NCBI RefSeq assembly: GCF_001563475.1
Contig: NZ_LPUT01000003.1
Coordinates: forward strand, 19,632 to 43,631
From: Sporosarcina sp. HYO08
GTDB lineage: Bacteria > Bacillota > Bacilli > Bacillales_A > Planococcaceae
Direction of reading: 5' to 3'
Length of the DNA: 24,000 nt
Shown: one piece after another, positions 21,118 through 24,000 of the stretch
Layout of the letters: each line of letters begins with the position of its first letter
Numbering within the stretch: the stretch's first letter is position 1
Translations under genes and position numbers: made by a program
Notes under the pieces: generated by a model
Database searches by the model: none
What the model saw: only the letters and a program-made list of their open reading frames with translations
What the model was told of the DNA's origin: nothing

Positions 21118-22704
21118 ATGATCTCTGCAAAGATTGGTGATGAGCTAAATATGCTTCTTTCTGGTAAAAACGTACAGGTACAATTATCTGTACCGCAATT
21201 AGTTGAAAAGGCCGTTAGCCGCGGGGAAGCGAAGTTAACAGCAGACGGTGCGATTGTATCAGAAACAGGTAAATACACAGGTCGTTCCCCTAAAGATCGA
21301 TTCATCGTTGAAGATGCGTCTACAAAAGACAAAATCGACTGGGGCAAAGTAAACGTTCCGATTTCTTCTGATGTATTTGAACGACTTTACGCGAAAGTTC
21401 TTACACATTTACATGGGAAAGATGAACTGTTCGTATTTAAAGGCTTCGCGGGTGCAGATCCTGCTTCCAGACTTTCACTTCAAGTGATTAATGAATTTGC
21501 GTGGCATAACTTGTTCGTCCACCAATTGTTCATTCGCCCAACTGAAGAAGAATTGCTTGCACATGAATCTCAATTTACAATCGTTTCTGCGCCGACTTTT
21601 AAAGCAGATCCAAAAGTAGATGGAACGAATTCAGAAGCATTTATCATTGTCTCTCTTGAAAAACGCGTCGTTCTGATCGGTGGAACGGAATACGCAGGTG
21701 AAATGAAGAAATCGATCTTCTCGATTATGAACTTCTTGCTTCCTGAAAAAGGCATTTTGCCAATGCACTGTTCAGCAAACGTTGGTGATGAGGGTGACGT
21801 GGCATTGTTCTTCGGACTTTCCGGAACAGGTAAAACGACATTATCGGCGGATGCAAATCGCAAGCTGATCGGTGACGACGAGCACGGCTGGTCCGACAAT
21901 GGCGTCTTCAACATCGAAGGCGGATGCTATGCGAAATGTATCAATCTGTCTGCTGAAAAAGAGCCTGAAATCCACGGTGCGATTCGCTTTGGATCTGTCC
22001 TTGAAAACGTTGTCGTCGATCCGGAAACACGTGTGCCAGATTATGACAATAATTCATTAACAGAAAATACGCGCGCTGCGTATCCGATCCATCATATCGA
22101 CAACATTGTCACACCGTCGATAGCGGGTCACCCGAAAACAATCGTATTCCTGACGGCTGATGCATTTGGCGTATTGCCACCAATTTCAAAATTAACAAAA
22201 GAGCAAGCGATGTACCACTTCTTAAGTGGCTTCACATCGAAACTTGCAGGCACGGAGCGCGGCATTACATCGCCAACAGCAACGTTCTCTACTTGCTTCG
22301 GTTCACCTTTCTTACCGCTTCATGCAACGGTTTACGCAGAAATGTTAGGAAAGAAAATCGACGAGCACGGTGCACAAGTATTCCTTGTGAACACTGGCTG
22401 GACTGGCGGCGAATACGGCGTCGGAAAGCGTATGGATCTTAAATACACACGCGCAATGGTACGCGCTGCACTTGCAGGCAAATTGAACGATGTCGAAACA
22501 GAAGTGAACGAAGTATTCGGTCTTCAAATGCCAACAGCGATCGAAGGCGTTCCTTCCGAAGTATTGAATCCACGTAATGCATGGACTGACGTCGATGCAT
22601 ACGACAAAAAAGCAAACGAACTAGCAGATCTTTTCCGTGAAAACTTCAAGAAATTCGGTACGGTTTCTGAAGAGATTTCTCTTAAAGGCGGACCGACTGC
22701 ATAA
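21118..22704 (+). CDS. pckA: Phosphoenolpyruvate carboxykinase (ATP)
   Basis: ATG 21118 lies 8 nt after AAGGA, giving 528 aa, which I recall as close to the length of B. subtilis PckA. Motifs [12 protein letters not shown] and [11 protein letters not shown]. Confidence 0.9.
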   Translation: MISAKIGDELNMLLSGKNVQVQLSVPQLVEKAVSRGEAKLTADGAIVSETGKYTGRSPKDRFIVEDASTKDKIDWGKVNVPISSDVFERLYAKVLTHLHGKDELFVFKGFAGADPASRLSLQVINEFAWHNLFVHQLFIRPTEEELLAHESQFTIVSAPTFKADPKVDGTNSEAFIIVSLEKRVVLIGGTEYAGEMKKSIFSIMNFLLPEKGILPMHCSANVGDEGDVALFFGLSGTGKTTLSADANRKLIGDDEHGWSDNGVFNIEGGCYAKCINLSAEKEPEIHGAIRFGSVLENVVVDPETRVPDYDNNSLTENTRAAYPIHHIDNIVTPSIAGHPKTIVFLTADAFGVLPPISKLTKEQAMYHFLSGFTSKLAGTERGITSPTATFSTCFGSPFLPLHATVYAEMLGKKIDEHGAQVFLVNTGWTGGEYGVGKRMDLKYTRAMVRAALAGKLNDVETEVNEVFGLQMPTAIEGVPSEVLNPRNAWTDVDAYDKKANELADLFRENFKKFGTVSEEISLKGGPTA

Positions 22705-22715
22705 TTTGCAATAGT

Positions 22716-22751
22716 AAACCCGACGAACAACGGCGTTCGTCGGGTTTTTTT
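22716..22751 (+). terminator. Intrinsic terminator of pckA
   Basis: AAACCCGACGAAC (22716-22728) / GTTCGTCGGGTTT (22735-22747), then TTTTTTT. Confidence 0.85.
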
Positions 22752-22777
22752 GATTGGTGGAAGCCTCTTCGTACGTG

Positions 22778-22817
22778 TAAGTGCAACTTCGGAATGCTAA
22801 GTGCACTTCCGCATCCA
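22778..22817. repeat. 2 x 20 bp tandem repeat of the TAAGTGCAACT family
   Basis: TAAGTGCAACTTCGGAATGC / TAAGTGCACTTCCGCATCCA. The second unit (reverse complement) encodes the last codons and the TAG stop of the ytmA-like gene. Confidence 0.7.
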
Positions 22818-23585
22818 CTCACACAACTCTCGTACAAGTCGTGCATTTTCCACCGGGGGAATAAAGTGCGTATACGCCGGAAAATACCAAGTTTCATACG
22901 GTCGATCATGCTCGCGCAATGCATTTTCCAGTAGCACCGCTTGCTGATAGGACACATTGACATCGCGCATACCATGGATAATGAGCACAGGTGCATCAAT
23001 TTCATTCACACGAAAAAGTGCCGTGCGATCGCGGTATTCTTCCGGCATACTATTCGGTGTGCCACCGATAACCCGCTTCATCATCCGCCGCATATCTTTT
23101 CGTTCATTGTATGTAAACACGACATCCGACACACCCGCCCATGTGACAACAGATGTAATGTCGTCGCGTAAAATGGCCGTCCACAGTGCCATAATGCCGC
23201 CCCGCGAAAAAGCAAATAAGTGAATACGCTCTTTATCCACCATTGGATGTTGTTTTAGCACTTCTACACCATTTACCGCATCTTGACGGTCATCGCCGGC
23301 GAATTCATCGCGCCCTTCCCCGCCGCGATTCCCTCGGTAATAAGGGGCAAACACAATAAATCCGTGGGAGGCGAACTGTGCAACACGTGCTGGACGCACC
23401 ATGCCCACATGTTGAATGCCGCCCCGTAAGTAGAGAAGCCCTTCATACTGCCCTTCTGCAATCGGCGCAGCCAATAACCCCTTCACCTTTAAGCCATCCG
23501 AATAATATGTAATTTCCTCCAACTGCACATGTGGATTTGGGGATGGATACGGCCTACGCTGAACAATCGAACCATTATGATGCAT
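22797..23585 (-). CDS. Alpha/beta-hydrolase of the prolyl-oligopeptidase/dienelactone-hydrolase type (YtmA-like)
   Basis: 262 aa. Nucleophile elbow FAFSRGG, later IIHGMRD and YTHF. Same position as B. subtilis ytmA next to pckA. Confidence 0.7.
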   Translation of the reverse strand: MHHNGSIVQRRPYPSPNPHVQLEEITYYSDGLKVKGLLAAPIAEGQYEGLLYLRGGIQHVGMVRPARVAQFASHGFIVFAPYYRGNRGGEGRDEFAGDDRQDAVNGVEVLKQHPMVDKERIHLFAFSRGGIMALWTAILRDDITSVVTWAGVSDVVFTYNERKDMRRMMKRVIGGTPNSMPEEYRDRTALFRVNEIDAPVLIIHGMRDVNVSYQQAVLLENALREHDRPYETWYFPAYTHFIPPVENARLVRELCEWMRKCT

Positions 23586-24000
23586 GTTCTACCACCCACT
23601 TTCTTAACAATTCCATGCCGGTGCCTTTCATATGAAAGCTTAACTCCTGACAGGCATCCAGCTCTTCATCCGTTAACCAAACGGCGCCGCTCGTTTCAAA
23701 AAGCGTTGGGTTTTCTTCGATCCGCACGACCGTCCCTGTGAATACAGCTTTACAAAAAGTGATATTACTGTCGACGATATACTCGGCAAATTTACCTACA
23801 TTCGTCAGCTCAACACCCGTCTCCTCCATCGTTTCGCGAATCGCCGCTGCTTCAACTAGTTCGCCGGGTTCTGCTTTGCCGCCTGGAAATTCAATGCCAC
23901 GCACCTCATGCCGCGTTAACAACCATCGATTTTCATGCTTCAACACAACGAGAACATGCCGTGCTTCCATCCCAAAGCGATTGTCGCCGAATGTCAGCTC
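23575..24000 (-). CDS. ytkD: Nudix hydrolase (YtkD-like nucleoside triphosphatase), 5' end beyond the window
   Basis: Nudix box GGKAEPGELVEAAAIRETMEETGV. The frame stays open upstream of ATG 23970 to the window edge (ELTFGDNRFG...), so the true start probably lies outside. The stop overlaps the downstream gene start by 11 nt. Confidence 0.7.
   Translation of the reverse strand, partial: ELTFGDNRFGMEARHVLVVLKHENRWLLTRHEVRGIEFPGGKAEPGELVEAAAIRETMEETGVELTNVGKFAEYIVDSNITFCKAVFTGTVVRIEENPTLFETSGAVWLTDEELDACQELSFHMKGTGMELLRKWVVEHAS

Overview
The window looks like a Firmicute (Bacillales, Bacillus/Planococcaceae-like) chromosome and is mostly core genes. Genes sampled by hand are about 50% GC. Left to right: the start of an EPS/capsule module (Wzz-like modulator plus the N-terminus of a BY-kinase); VanZ; a Thr-rich membrane protein; a 634-aa wall protein with three SLH domains; a PadR + DUF1700/DUF4097 operon that ends in a 9 x 21 bp tandem array; a polytopic membrane protein; YqxD/YaiI; a type III polyketide synthase operon (bpsA/bpsB-like); an AT-rich ~0.85 kb cassette; a T-box-controlled NhaC-family transporter; a tightly packed cluster of UvrD-like helicase, crcB, crcB and secreted SNase nuclease, preceded by a Bacillaceae-1-like double-hairpin RNA; and signal peptidase I. 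The right end is syntenic with B. subtilis ytpA-ytoA-metK (S-box)-pckA-ytmA-ytkD, interrupted by a second AT-rich orphan gene. No rRNA, tRNA, CRISPR array, transposase or integrase was seen. The best candidate for something undescribed is the 9.66-10.61 kb cassette. It is bracketed by two copies of one terminator hairpin. It carries an orphan BECR/PBECR-like putative nuclease toxin with no protein partner, followed by a cloverleaf-like structured RNA ahead of the only terminator. This could be a toxin plus RNA antitoxin or decoy module. Other items worth a second look are a family of ~20-21 bp tandem repeats that abut or supply stop codons at three gene 3' ends, a GTGCCWGGCAC palindromic element family, a YtpA-like hydrolase lacking its nucleophile serine, and a compositionally mosaic SLH protein. 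All functional calls rest on motif recognition by eye. No searches were run.
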